Source of the DNA: Candidatus Bathyarchaeota archaeon
GTDB lineage: Archaea > Thermoproteota > Bathyarchaeia > Bathyarchaeales > Bathycorpusculaceae
Direction of reading: 5' to 3'
Length of the DNA: 64,000 bases
NCBI GenBank assembly: GCA_963775465.1
Contig: CAVZIW010000012.1
Span: 32,001-96,000 of the forward strand
Both the position numbers and the translations under genes were made by a program. The notes beneath the pieces were generated by a model that worked only from the letters and a program-made list of their open reading frames with translations, was not told the DNA's origin and made no database searches. Below are positions 1 to 10,717 of this stretch, one piece after another (the first letter of the stretch is position 1; each line of letters opens with the position of its first letter).

Positions 1-724
1 CCAATTTTTTTCTAGAACCACTCTCATTTATGGATCTACCACCCAAAAAGTCGTTAAAGCTAGGCATAACATAAACCTCAGATACTCTTAACCTGACATC
101 ATATTTATTCCGCAGAATTTCGGAAACTGATCCCTCGATTTTTACTCCTTGTTTTTGCAGCAAAATCCTCGCAAGCGCCTCAGAATTACAATTTGCCCTC
201 ATCCAAACTTGACGAGTAATTTTAAAACCGGCTGGGTCACGAAAAAAAACAACAGGATGCAAATGACCCATAACTAAAGTTTTGCATCCTAAAAGCACCG
301 GAGAAGGCCACTTGTGCCCATGAAACACACCCACATCACCGATAACTTCCCCAGAGGCTGGCAGCACCTTAACAGACTCAGGCAACAACGGTTCAAGATT
401 CGCATCATGATTACCCCGAACAACAGATACATCGCTAACACAGCTTTGAATTTTCTTGAAGAAATCAGGGATATCCTGCCACTCACCCAACTTACTTGAA
501 ACCACCGTGTATTTTACGTCTCCCAAAATAACGAGTCTATCAGGCGCGTATTCGATTACGACTTTGAGGAGTTTGTTTAGAATTTTGTCGGTTTGGCTAG
601 GTACATGGATTCCCCTTTCTTGAAGGGCCAATTCCCAACCTATGTGTGGGTCAGCAATTAAAAGGGTTTTAGTCTTTTCGTTTTTTACCATAGCCGCTGG
701 GTTGGGCAAAAGCAAGCTTAACAT
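1..724 (-). CDS. Calcineurin-like metallophosphoesterase (3' end runs off the window)
   Basis: Not in the ORF track. Manual translation from ATG 724, which overlaps the suhB stop (TAATG), gives MLSLLLPNPAAMV..IADPHIG..LGDVK..RGNHD..FHGH..MGHLHP, the full metallophosphoesterase motif set. Confidence 0.85.
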   Translation of the reverse strand, partial: MLSLLLPNPAAMVKNEKTKTLLIADPHIGWELALQERGIHVPSQTDKILNKLLKVVIEYAPDRLVILGDVKYTVVSSKLGEWQDIPDFFKKIQSCVSDVSVVRGNHDANLEPLLPESVKVLPASGEVIGDVGVFHGHKWPSPVLLGCKTLVMGHLHPVVFFRDPAGFKITRQVWMRANCNSEALARILLQKQGVKIEGSVSEILRNKYDVRLRVSEVYVMPSFNDFLGGRSINESGSRKKL

Positions 725-1545
725 TACTTAACCAAACTGAGGATTTTTTTATGAATCTCCATGTTAGCTGAGGCAACAAAGCTGAGGGTTTGCTTGGGAT
801 CTAACTTTACGTTTATTGGCCTGTTACATGAATCAGTTACAATTCCCCCAGCTTCTTTCACAATCAAAAAGCCCGCTGCAACGTCGGTTGTTCGAATTTT
901 CTGTCGCAAATCTACGAAGGCATCTGTTAAGCCGGCCGCTACAAAACAAACCTCAGGTGCATTAGCGCCAAAATGCCTTGTGTGCTTAATGTTTTCAAAC
1001 AGCGCTGCAACAACAGGCAAATCAACTTTGGTTTTGTAAGAATTAAAATCTACACCTATCACCGCTTCATCCAAAGTTGATATTTTGGAAGTTGCGATTC
1101 GTTTGCCGTTGCTGTAAGCACCTTTGCCTAGAAACGCTGTATAAGCGATGTCGTGGTAGATGTCAACCACCATGCCTGCATGAACATCGGATAGTTCTGG
1201 TTTGTTGGAAACTGCTATTGAGGAAGCATAAAAGGGCAGCCCATGCATCAGGTTGGTTGTACCGTCAATGGGATCAACAGTGACAAAGCACTCATTAGGG
1301 TGGGCACCTATTTTTTTAATGCCTGACTCCTCACTAACCAGCGTAAACGATAATCCATATCCTTCCAGCGTGTCAACAATAGCTTTTTCCGCTGCCAAAT
1401 CCACGGGTTTCATTGAATCCCCACCTGCTCCCGTTCCCAAGTTCGGCAAAGGCTCATGAAGCCTTTTGAGGCATGGTTCGATAGCAATCGGGATATTAAC
1501 TTTAAGTTCTGCAAAGATTGATGGCCAATCAATTTCTGACATCAT
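724..1545 (-). CDS. suhB: Inositol monophosphatase / fructose-1,6-bisphosphatase family protein
   Basis: SEE, VDPIDGTTN and DVAAG motifs. Confidence 0.9.
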   Translation of the reverse strand: MMSEIDWPSIFAELKVNIPIAIEPCLKRLHEPLPNLGTGAGGDSMKPVDLAAEKAIVDTLEGYGLSFTLVSEESGIKKIGAHPNECFVTVDPIDGTTNLMHGLPFYASSIAVSNKPELSDVHAGMVVDIYHDIAYTAFLGKGAYSNGKRIATSKISTLDEAVIGVDFNSYKTKVDLPVVAALFENIKHTRHFGANAPEVCFVAAGLTDAFVDLRQKIRTTDVAAGFLIVKEAGGIVTDSCNRPINVKLDPKQTLSFVASANMEIHKKILSLVK

Positions 1546-1751
1546 TTGTTAACCTTCAATTCCTATATCTGCGGTCAAGTTGATAAATGCAATACCATCA
1601 ATACGCCGTCAATTAAGATCATAAGTTAACATCACCACTAAAATAACCAATTTCTAAGGTTGTTTATCTAAAATCTGTCAAGATGAAAAGCAGAAAACCA
1701 TGAAAACTCTTAAATCATACAATTCCCAACTCAGAAAGCAAGGTCTGGGTT

Positions 1752-2756
1752 ATGTCATCGAACACAAAGCTTGAAATTCAAAGCTATGACGATAACGAAA
1801 AGATGTTTTACGTAAAATCGCCTTCTGGCAACGTGGTGAAGGTTGAAGACACCTTCGCTGAAATGTTTGCACTTTGGGCAGGCAGAGTTCTAATCACAGC
1901 TCAAAACGAAAAATGGGCACAAATCGCTGCAAGCTTAACCACAGGGTTCGCAACAAGCGTAATTGCAGCCTCCGCAGAAGCATCCATAGAGCGAGCAGTC
2001 CCAGCAGATCAAACACCAGACAAACGCCCAGGAGTTCTTATCCAAATCTACAACAGAGATCGATTTGAACTTAAACATCAACTCATGGAACGCATCGGTC
2101 AATGTACCTTAACCTGCCCGACAACAGCAGCCTTCAACGGATTACTCGGTAAACGCACCTTAAACGTCGGCAGCAGCCTCCGCTACTTCGGCGACGGCTT
2201 CCAAAAGAAAGCCATGGTTGGTGGAAGAAAATGCTGGAAAATTCCAGTCATGGAAGGCAACTTTATCGTAGAAGATGGATTTGGAGCAATGGAGGGAGTT
2301 GCAGGCGGTAACTTTATGATTTTTGCATCAACCCAAGAAGCTGGTCTTAAAGCAGCAGAAGCTGCGGCTGACGCGATTCGCGCGAATGCTCCTGACGTAA
2401 TTATGATTTTCCCAGGCGGAATTTGCCGCGCAGGAAGCAAAGCAGGCTCCCTCAAATACAAGCTAAAAGCGTCAACTAATCATCCATATTGTCCAACATT
2501 GCGCACTATAGTGCCAGATACAGTAGTTCCAGAAGGCGTACAGTGCGTATATGAAATTGTCATAAACGGTCTGTCCTTGGATGCAGTTAAGAAAGGAATA
2601 AAGGAAGGCGTAACCGCAGCAATCGATGTTCCAGGTGTAGTAAAAATTTCGTCAGGCAACTACGGCGGCAAATTAGGACCTTTTAAGGCGTATCTCCGTG
2701 ATTCAATTGGTGCACCTGCACCTGAAATAGAAACAACGCCGCCTGCCAAGGCATAA
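1752..2756 (+). CDS. ftr: Formylmethanofuran--tetrahydromethanopterin N-formyltransferase
   Basis: EDTFAE, TGFATSVI, RIGQCTLTCPT, FGDGFQ, GVAGGN, SGSK-like RAGSK, ASTN and GNYGGKLG motifs. Confidence 0.93.
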   Translation: MSSNTKLEIQSYDDNEKMFYVKSPSGNVVKVEDTFAEMFALWAGRVLITAQNEKWAQIAASLTTGFATSVIAASAEASIERAVPADQTPDKRPGVLIQIYNRDRFELKHQLMERIGQCTLTCPTTAAFNGLLGKRTLNVGSSLRYFGDGFQKKAMVGGRKCWKIPVMEGNFIVEDGFGAMEGVAGGNFMIFASTQEAGLKAAEAAADAIRANAPDVIMIFPGGICRAGSKAGSLKYKLKASTNHPYCPTLRTIVPDTVVPEGVQCVYEIVINGLSLDAVKKGIKEGVTAAIDVPGVVKISSGNYGGKLGPFKAYLRDSIGAPAPEIETTPPAKA

Positions 2757-2839
2757 GCTTAAGCTCCCGTTTTTCAGTCGGAACTTTTATTTGACCGTTA
2801 TTAACGTAAGTTATCCAATTAATCCATATTAAGTGAATA

Positions 2840-4111
2840 TTGTTGAGTTCGACAAAGAAAACCTCTCTTGAACTATTCAGACTACGAAAAATACTAAACG
2901 CCCTAGCCAGCAAAGAGGGCAGTCACACCGAACTCATCACAATCTACGTACCCCCAGACAAACAAATCAGCGACGCATTAAACCTACTGCGTAACGAGTA
3001 CGGAACCGCCAGCAACATCAAATCCAACGTTACCCGCAAAAACGTACTTGACGCCATTACAAAAGCGCAGCAAAAACTCAAACTCTTCAAAGACCCAGGC
3101 GAAAAAGGCATCGTTATCTTTACTGGCGCCCTGCCACAGGAAGGCGGTGGACCTGGAACTGAACGCATGGAATCATATGTTATTGTTCCTCCTGAACCCA
3201 TTAGAATTTTCCTTTACCGTTGTGACAGCCGGTTTCACACAGAACACCTTCAGGAGATGCTTCGGGAAAAAGAAACCTACGGTATCTTACTCGTGGATGC
3301 TTCGAACGCTACAATTGCCACTTTACAAGGAAAGCGTTTGCAGATTGTCCGCGAAATGCATTCAGGTGTTGCAGGCAAAACTAGGGCGGGAGGTCAATCC
3401 GCAAGACGTTATGAACGGTTGCGGGACATGCAACTAAACGAGTACTTTACACGTGTAGGACAACATGCTAATGAGACTTTTCTAGGCATAGACACCCTCA
3501 AAGGTCTAATAATCGGAGGACCTGGACCTACCAAATATGATTTTGAGAAAGGCGAGTATCTTAATTATCAATTAAAGAACAAAATCATAGACACCCTTGA
3601 CACAGCGTATGTCGAGGAACAAGGCGTCAAAGAAGTCGTAGATAAAGCACCTGAAATCATGAAGAAAGTCCGCTATATCGAAGAAAAAGCCATTATGCAA
3701 AAATTTCTCTACGAGGTCGGACACGACACTGGCTTGATAACTTACGGCGAAACCGAAGTTCGAAGGTTATTACAGTCAGGCGCAGTTCGAACTCTTTTAA
3801 TGTCTGAGGAAGTAGATTTGGTTCGTGTCACCGTCAAGTGTAGTGCTTGCAATTATGAAGAACAGCACACAGTTAAAGTGAAAGATTTGGAGAATTTTGA
3901 AAAAGGCTTAATTGGAAAGCCTTGCTCTTCTTGTCAAGCGCCTTCCATGACGATAATTGACAAAAAAGATGCCGTGGACGACTTAGCTGATTTGGCTGAA
4001 ATTTCAAATACAGACGTGGAGATAATTTCAGGAGAAACTGAAGAAGGGCAAATGTTGAAAAACGCTTTCGGCGGTATTGCTGCGATTTTACGCTTCAAAA
4101 TCCAAGGATAA
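2840..4111 (+). CDS. prf1: Peptide chain release factor aRF1
   Basis: TASNIKS, YRCDSRF, GGQS and the C-terminal FGGIAAILRF; CxxC..CxxC insert in the C domain. Confidence 0.97.
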   Translation: MLSSTKKTSLELFRLRKILNALASKEGSHTELITIYVPPDKQISDALNLLRNEYGTASNIKSNVTRKNVLDAITKAQQKLKLFKDPGEKGIVIFTGALPQEGGGPGTERMESYVIVPPEPIRIFLYRCDSRFHTEHLQEMLREKETYGILLVDASNATIATLQGKRLQIVREMHSGVAGKTRAGGQSARRYERLRDMQLNEYFTRVGQHANETFLGIDTLKGLIIGGPGPTKYDFEKGEYLNYQLKNKIIDTLDTAYVEEQGVKEVVDKAPEIMKKVRYIEEKAIMQKFLYEVGHDTGLITYGETEVRRLLQSGAVRTLLMSEEVDLVRVTVKCSACNYEEQHTVKVKDLENFEKGLIGKPCSSCQAPSMTIIDKKDAVDDLADLAEISNTDVEIISGETEEGQMLKNAFGGIAAILRFKIQG

Positions 4112-4375
4112 TTTTTTTTGCTTAATTATCTTTTAAGGCACTTTGGCCTTGATGAAAACAGTTGACTTCAATGTTAATCTTCTACCTAAATTAAAATATT
4201 GACCTTAATTATTTCAGAGAAAAATCTGTTCCGAAAAGACTCGATAGCCTAAGGGGGTAAGGTGAGGGATTAGCCCTCTTTCTTTTGTTACTAGGCAAAT
4301 ACCATTTTTTTCCTTATAAGGGATATTTCTATTTTTGACATATCAAAGAATGAAAGAGTATTGATTAAAAGAAGA

Positions 4376-4675
4376 TCAACTAATTTTGTCAACGTTATAG
4401 ACTGAGCTTCGAAGTGCGTCTTCAATAGTCTCTTTTTTTGCGTCTTTCAATAGCAGAACTTTCTGTTTAGAAGTGAGTCCTGAAACGATTCCCACTCTAG
4501 AACCCAATAGTTTTGTTAACTCCTTTGCGATTTCTTTATTTACCCTACCCTTGATGGGCTCTTCTGTGGAGTAGACAATGATTTCGTTGTCGCTAAATTC
4601 TATTTTGAATTTGGAAGAGTTGGGTTTAACAAAAATCTTCAGTATCGTACCTTCGCTAGTTTGTGTGATGCTCAT
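4376..4675 (-). CDS. DUF167 (YggU-like) protein
   Basis: VKPNS..P.KG.VN..I.SG.TSK.K pattern. ATG at 4675 overlaps the topoisomerase stop (ATGA). Confidence 0.85.
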   Translation of the reverse strand: MSITQTSEGTILKIFVKPNSSKFKIEFSDNEIIVYSTEEPIKGRVNKEIAKELTKLLGSRVGIVSGLTSKQKVLLLKDAKKETIEDALRSSVYNVDKIS

Positions 4676-6348
4676 GGAGTAATGCACTCGCACTCAGAAG
4701 GCACTTTAGTTTTTCCCTGTAGTGCCCAACTGAATTTGTTTCTCAGTGTTTGAGGGTAAAATTTTTCGATATCAAATTTGACTTTCCTTCCCCATTTGAC
4801 GTATGCTGTGGGGTCAATGTAGGATTTGAGAGATGTACCAAGGTTGTATTCGCCTGTTAACTTTGTTAGTTGTAAGTCAAGTTTTGCTTTTTCGATGCGG
4901 GTTTCCAGTGATTCGGTTTTTTTGCCTGCCGCTTTTTTTATTTTTAAAGTAGCCTGCAGGTTTTTAATTTTTTGTTCTTTGTCTGCAACACGTTTTTCAA
5001 ATGTAGGGGGTATCTTGCGTTTGTGATTAGCAACTTCGGCTACTTTAAAATTGGCCATTTTTGCAGCAAATTTCTTTTTATAATCGGGGTCGTTTTTGGT
5101 AACGCCGCTTTTTTGGAGTTCTTCTTTAACGGTTTTGGTACAGCGCCAAGTTCTGAAGACTTTTGCGGTTAGTTTAGGCATTTTTTCGGATAAGAATCGG
5201 CTGACTTTTTTGCTGTCAATTCCTTGGAAGAGGTATTCTTTGCTGGTATCTTTCATGAATTCTTGGATGTTTTTTATTACTGTTGGAGGAGCTTTGTATT
5301 CTTTGATCCAACGCACGCTATCTTTGCCCAGAAAGTCAAAATGAAGGGTGTCACCTTTAATCATTATATGTTCGCTTCGCAGTGTAATTGCACCTACTGT
5401 GTCTGCTTCGTCAGGATCTTTTTCGTCTCCAACCCTCATATTGGGAACCAAAATAAGCCAAGAAACCGTAGCAACTTTACGTTTTTCAATATCTTTTGAT
5501 ATGAGGTTTTTTAGTATGTATGATTCGATTTGTTTGATTTGTCTGCCTAATGTCTCTGCTTTTTTGAATTTTTCTTTCTCACGATTCTGTTTAAGGAATG
5601 CAGTGTCGCTGAACCAAACATACTTGGTTTTTTTAGTAAGTTTGTCTTCCCATTTTGCGACGTACATCTTGTCTGGTTCCCAAACGATTCCTTTCCAGTT
5701 TCCGTGGGGACGTGGGACCAAAAGGTTTCCTTTTTTGTCTTTGGGTAAGTTCAAAATAATGTCTTGTTCATTTGGACCTTGCTTCCATTTACCTCGTTGT
5801 GGGTGATCGCCACGTCCAGCAAAAAGACACGAAGGTTCCGCTGTCCAGTTAGCGATCTCTAATTTTTGTCCGTCAACTTCGGCATAGCCGTATTTTTCTT
5901 TGAGTTTCAATCGTTTGAGTTTGCGTTCTTCAGATTGTTTCTTTTTTTCTTCCTTGCTTAAGGCTTCTTTCTTGATTTTTTCGTCTATTATGAATTTTTT
6001 AATTTGACTAAAATCAATCGCAACATCTTGCTGACCTCCACTGTATTGTGCAGCAGAAAGGTTGTCGATGCTTGAGAGATATTTTGGAATAAATTCATCC
6101 AAGATCTTTGCCGATGGGTTTTCTTTTTGGAGTTGTTGAAGGAATTCGTTCATGAAGTTTTTTGTAAAAACATTGTCTGGAGGCGGTATAGTAGCTGATA
6201 ATACTCTGCGGCTCCATGCAACCGCCATAGGTTCAGATTTATCTGTTAGTTTGATCGGTTGACCTTGAATTTTTATTTGAAAGCCCTTAAAATCGTAATG
6301 TGGAACGTATATGCCGTTGTGTTTAAGATTCTTCATAACATGTTTCAT
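4672..6348 (-). CDS. DNA topoisomerase IB (eukaryote-like)
   Basis: LKHNGI, FAGRGDHP.RGKWK, catalytic residues in MRVGDEK, FLGKDS, AKVFRT and ANH, and the active-site Tyr in TSLKSYIDP. Confidence 0.95.
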   Translation of the reverse strand: MKHVMKNLKHNGIYVPHYDFKGFQIKIQGQPIKLTDKSEPMAVAWSRRVLSATIPPPDNVFTKNFMNEFLQQLQKENPSAKILDEFIPKYLSSIDNLSAAQYSGGQQDVAIDFSQIKKFIIDEKIKKEALSKEEKKKQSEERKLKRLKLKEKYGYAEVDGQKLEIANWTAEPSCLFAGRGDHPQRGKWKQGPNEQDIILNLPKDKKGNLLVPRPHGNWKGIVWEPDKMYVAKWEDKLTKKTKYVWFSDTAFLKQNREKEKFKKAETLGRQIKQIESYILKNLISKDIEKRKVATVSWLILVPNMRVGDEKDPDEADTVGAITLRSEHIMIKGDTLHFDFLGKDSVRWIKEYKAPPTVIKNIQEFMKDTSKEYLFQGIDSKKVSRFLSEKMPKLTAKVFRTWRCTKTVKEELQKSGVTKNDPDYKKKFAAKMANFKVAEVANHKRKIPPTFEKRVADKEQKIKNLQATLKIKKAAGKKTESLETRIEKAKLDLQLTKLTGEYNLGTSLKSYIDPTAYVKWGRKVKFDIEKFYPQTLRNKFSWALQGKTKVPSECECITP

Positions 6349-6491
6349 GAATTTGACACCTTTATCGGCAAAGTTTTCTGTCTTGCAACCTATTAGCTAA
6401 TGGATGCTTTTTGTATCTTTCGTTTCAAAAGAATAAAAATTCAGTAATTAATTTTGACACTTAGGAATTAAATTTGAAAATCATTAGATAT

Positions 6492-6908
6492 TTAGGGAAA
6501 AAGAGGTTTCTGCCGCCTTGCTGCCCTGTCGCTTTGCAGTTTTTTATATACTTGTTCAACGTTCTTGCGTTCTACATAGCCTTTGTGAGGACGAAAACCG
6601 CCCGAGAAACCGCCCGGAATATGCATTAATTCGTGAATTAAGGTTCTCTCTCTATCTTCAGGCGACATCCTGTCGAAGATTTCTGAAATGACCTCAATGG
6701 TGTACGATGGTGGAAGGTTCAGAACGCCTTGCCAAATCTTGCCCAACCCATGAATACGAGCTATGGTGCGGCGTGCTTTGCTGCCTTTGCTTCGTACACA
6801 AAAAACAAACTGTGGTACAACATGATAGAATTCGCATTCTTGAGCTAACTGGTCAACTTGTCGTTTTATTTCTGGAGCATCGAAGTATTTTATTGGCATA
6901 TAATCCAC
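6492..6908 (-). CDS. Putative zinc metallopeptidase
   Basis: LIHELMHI (HExxH) with a downstream H; ARIHGL motif of a small archaeal metallopeptidase family. Confidence 0.75.
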   Translation of the reverse strand: MDYMPIKYFDAPEIKRQVDQLAQECEFYHVVPQFVFCVRSKGSKARRTIARIHGLGKIWQGVLNLPPSYTIEVISEIFDRMSPEDRERTLIHELMHIPGGFSGGFRPHKGYVERKNVEQVYKKLQSDRAARRQKPLFP

Positions 6909-6974
6909 CGTTGTTGACTTTGACTGTTCAATGTGTGGTTTGGGTTTAAAAGTTAGACGTTTTTCTCGTTTGTT

Positions 6975-8034
6975 TTAGCCGATGCAATTTTTGAGGTAAG
7001 GGATTTTTTTGAGTGGATATATGATGGCAACAGACAGCCCAAAGACTATCGCTGCAGTGTAGGGGGCATCAACAATTAGGTTGCCTGTGGAAGGCAATGT
7101 AAAACCGAAAAGCCCCATTTGTAGACTTTCCAGGAAGATAATGTGAACTACATAAATTGGGAGAGTGTTTTGCCCAATCCATCGTATGACTCGATTGACT
7201 CTTTTTCCTTGGCGTTCAACTCTTGATTGAGGAATGCTGATTAGGAGCATAAACAAGGCTCCAGAAGCTATTATCATGTTAAAGCTAAGGTAGCCGTGGA
7301 AGTAACCTGTGTATTGTTCACCAACCGTTGCTGTTACAATCCACGCACCTAAAATAGCTACTAATAATCCAAATCCTGCGGCTAGATAAACTATAGCAGG
7401 GCGCATTTTGGTGTTCAATAGATAGATTCCTAAGAGAAAGTACCCTACCCAGTCTGTGAAAACAAACATTAAAGGGTTAAAGTTAAAGTCGGTAAAGGTG
7501 TGGATAAAGGGAGTCACTACAGTACCGACAAACCAAAGGGCAAGCAGTAAAGTAAATTTCTTGCGATCAATATGTTTTATTAGCACGCGCAGAACCGGTG
7601 TAATCAAGTATAATCCTATTAACATGTAGAGAAACCATAAAATCGGATATGAACCAGACAATAGACCTTGTTCAACGTTAAAAATTGTGAAAGGATTTGC
7701 GTGGACGGCAAATGTCCAAACAAAGAAGATTATTGTCCAAAATATCAGCGGTAAACCAACGCGGACAAATCGTTTTTTAAAAAAAACACTCATGGATTCG
7801 TCGGCTTTAACGGGGTCTAGTAGTAGGGCTCCGCTTAATATGACAAACAGAGGAACACCGAGGTATCCTATAGCGCCGTAAATATCGGCGGTGACCCAGT
7901 TCACCATAACCATGGGGGTTATTGCTCCTGGAATCTGGTAAGGGAATTTTGAGGCGTGGACAAGGACAACCATAACTATGGCGATTGTGCGGTAGGTCTA
8001 CTGGATAGCTAGCGGTGGCTGATGTAGGTTGCAA
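6975..8034 (-). pseudogene. Acyltransferase family 3 (OafA/YiaH-like) membrane protein, frameshifted near 7992
   Basis: VPLFVILSGALLL, KRFVRV and LWFLY motifs. The N-terminal VDL/RTIAIVMVVLVHA motif is split by one extra base (GAC CTA C CGC). May be an assembly error. Confidence 0.8.
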
Positions 8035-8107
8035 GTGTCCCTTTTCTTCCCCTTACAGCCGATTCGTATCAAAAGTTGTTAATAAAAATAGTGAGAACAA
8101 ATCTGCT

Positions 8108-10717
8108 TTATTTTCGTAGAATTTTTTTAATCTCAATCCAAAACATTGCGGTAAACGTCGTTAAGAAAATCAGTACCCAACTTTGTATATTCAAGCTGGT
8201 AATCTGCAAGGAGGTTTGAGCAAGAGGAAGGAGCGTGCACAAAACCAAGGCTGTTACGGCCAATAGCGCCCAGATTATCATGACTTTGTTGGATAGCAAA
8301 CTTTGCTTTAGTAATGGCTCAAGATCAGATCGTAAGTTCAACGCAAGAAATACATGTCCAAGCATCCATGTTGCAAAAGCCACCGTCCTTGCATAAGTAA
8401 TGTTCTGGCTAGTGTACCACGCAAACAAGTAAGTTATTGTTACAGCTGCAAATAGGCTTAAGGCACCTAAGAAAATGGTTTTTAGCATAGTGCTATTAAA
8501 GAACTTCTCTTTTAAGCTCGCTGGCGGCTTTTTCATTGAACCTGATTCTAGGGGTTCAGCGACAAATGTTGCTGATGCAGCTAAATCCATGAAGAGTTCG
8601 AGCACTATTATTTGGATGGGTGCAAATGGCAGGGGGATACCTAAAACAATGGGAATAATAAAGATAGAGACTAACGCGGCTTTGCAAGATAAGTAGTAGC
8701 GGATGCCTTTTCGGAGGTTGGAGAAAAGTTTACGTCCCTCAGCTACCGCATTTTCTATGGTGGCAAAGTTGTCGTTTGTTAGTATCATGTTTGAAGCTTC
8801 TTTTGCGACGTCAGTTCCCCTGATGCCCATGGCTATTCCTATGTGTGCGTTTTTTAGAGCTGGAGCATCATTTATGCCGTCGCCTGTAACTGCCACAACT
8901 TCGCCTTTCTCTTTAAGCAGTCTAACCAATCGCAGTTTATCCTCAGGAGTGGCACGGGCAAAAACAAAGGTTTGGTCCAGGGTTTCTTTTAGTTGTGAAT
9001 CACTTAAGGCTTCAATTTCGCTGCCTGTCAAAACTTTGCTGGAGTCAATACCGACTTTATGGGCAATAGCTCTTGCCGTTTGGGGGTAATCCCCAGTTAT
9101 CATAATGACTCTTATTCCTGCTTCATGACAGATTCTAATAGCATCTTTGACTCCTTCTCGTGGAGGATCAACAAAACCCACAATACCCACAAAAACAAGG
9201 TCAATCTCAAGGTCATCTTTGGCTGTTTCTTCTGCCATACGGCGGTACCCAAAAGCGAGTAAGCGTTCACCGTTTTTAGCCATCTGATCAATAGTGTTGA
9301 GAATTCTTTTTCTTGTTTCTTCTGTGAGGGCTGTTTCCTCGCCTAAGAGTAAAATGCGACTTGATTTTTCCAAGATTTTTTCTGGCGCACCACTCGACAG
9401 AAGCACCAATGAATTGCTATATTTGTAAATGTAGGAAGCTATTTTGCGTTTAGCGTCAAAACTCAGTTCGTCTTCAAGAACCCAGCCTTTTGCGATGTCA
9501 GAGAGGCCTTTTCCATCCATAAATAACCGTTCCGATATCGCTTGCGACATCGGATTCGCTATTTCTGATTTATTTGCAACGTCTCGAATAGCGTCGCTTG
9601 CTAAAAACGCTGTTTTTAGTGCTGCTTTTTGGTTTTCTCCAAGTTGACTCGAAGAGCTTACTTTGTCATCGAAGTAGAGTTGTTCAAAGAGCATCTTGTT
9701 TTCTGTTATGGTGCCTGTTTTGTCGGTTGCTATGACTGTTACATTTCCCAGGGTTTCTGCTGCACGCAACTGCTTTACTATTGCGCCTTTACGTGACAAT
9801 GCGTAGCTGCCAACGCCTAAAACCATTGTTACAATTATGGGGAGCTCTTCTGGAATAACTACAAACGCTAGTGACAAACCGTACAAAACTGCTTCAGCTG
9901 GATTGGGTTGAACTCCTCTGACATAGCTTAAGATTGGGATAAGAACGCTGAAGAAAAGGGCAACCCAAACTAGGGATTTTGATAGTTGTTTCATCGCCAA
10001 CTGCATCGCAGTTTTGGGCTCTTTTGTTGCGTTTGTGATTCCTGAAATCCTGCCGAGCTCCGTGTTGATGCCTGTTGAAGTAACGATGGCTTTGGCTCTG
10101 CCCTTTGTGATTATGGTCCCAGTGAAAAGCATGTTGATTTGATAATTTACTCTAGTTTCGTTTGGCAACACTGTTAAAGCATCTTTTGCAGTGGGGAACG
10201 ACTCCCCTGTAAATGAAGACTCATCAACTTCTAAACCATAGGTTTCTAAAAGTTTTGCATCTGCTGGGATACGTTGCCCAACTTTTAGAAGCAAAATATC
10301 GCCTGGAACCAATAGAGCCGTTTGGACTTCTTCCAGTTGACCTGCTCTAAGTACAGAAGCTGTTGGTGGTGCCAGTTGCTTTAATGCGGAGACTGAACGT
10401 TTAGCTCGGTACTCATTCCAGACTTCAGCTAAAACGAGAAGGATTATGATTACGATTATCGTTAATGCATCTGTTAAGCTGCCCAAGATGCTGTATAAGA
10501 CACCCACAGAGATAAGCAACAGGATCATGGGTTCAGTGATTTCTTCTCTCAAAATGCCCAAAAAGCGTATTTCTCTTTCGTGGACAAGACTGTTTTTTCC
10601 ATATTTAGTTAAACGCGTTGCTGCCTCTTGGTTTGATAGACCTTTTTCAGGGTTGACGCCAAATTGCTGGGTCAGTTCCTGATTGGTTTTGGAATGCCAC
10701 TGGCTCAACGGCAGCAC
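8108..10717 (-). CDS. Cation-transporting P-type ATPase (type II-like)
   Basis: TGES, IPEELP, DKTGT, MITGD and GDGIND motifs. Confidence 0.95.
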   Translation of the reverse strand: MLPLSQWHSKTNQELTQQFGVNPEKGLSNQEAATRLTKYGKNSLVHEREIRFLGILREEITEPMILLLISVGVLYSILGSLTDALTIIVIIILLVLAEVWNEYRAKRSVSALKQLAPPTASVLRAGQLEEVQTALLVPGDILLLKVGQRIPADAKLLETYGLEVDESSFTGESFPTAKDALTVLPNETRVNYQINMLFTGTIITKGRAKAIVTSTGINTELGRISGITNATKEPKTAMQLAMKQLSKSLVWVALFFSVLIPILSYVRGVQPNPAEAVLYGLSLAFVVIPEELPIIVTMVLGVGSYALSRKGAIVKQLRAAETLGNVTVIATDKTGTITENKMLFEQLYFDDKVSSSSQLGENQKAALKTAFLASDAIRDVANKSEIANPMSQAISERLFMDGKGLSDIAKGWVLEDELSFDAKRKIASYIYKYSNSLVLLSSGAPEKILEKSSRILLLGEETALTEETRKRILNTIDQMAKNGERLLAFGYRRMAEETAKDDLEIDLVFVGIVGFVDPPREGVKDAIRICHEAGIRVIMITGDYPQTARAIAHKVGIDSSKVLTGSEIEALSDSQLKETLDQTFVFARATPEDKLRLVRLLKEKGEVVAVTGDGINDAPALKNAHIGIAMGIRGTDVAKEASNMILTNDNFATIENAVAEGRKLFSNLRKGIRYYLSCKAALVSIFIIPIVLGIPLPFAPIQIIVLELFMDLAASATFVAEPLESGSMKKPPASLKEKFFNSTMLKTIFLGALSLFAAVTITYLFAWYTSQNITYARTVAFATWMLGHVFLALNLRSDLEPLLKQSLLSNKVMIIWALLAVTALVLCTLLPLAQTSLQITSLNIQSWVLIFLTTFTAMFWIEIKKILRK

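Noticed and set aside
2840-4111. Possible stop-codon reassignment via an altered release factor
   Set aside because: NIKS, YxCxxxF and GGQ are canonical, and genes in the window end with TAA, TAG and TGA.
4238-4280. tRNA 5'-half-like sequence (TAGCCTAAGGGGGTAAGGT)
   Set aside because: The putative anticodon loop is only 5 nt and there is no T-arm or acceptor partner, so it is not called as a tRNA or split tRNA.
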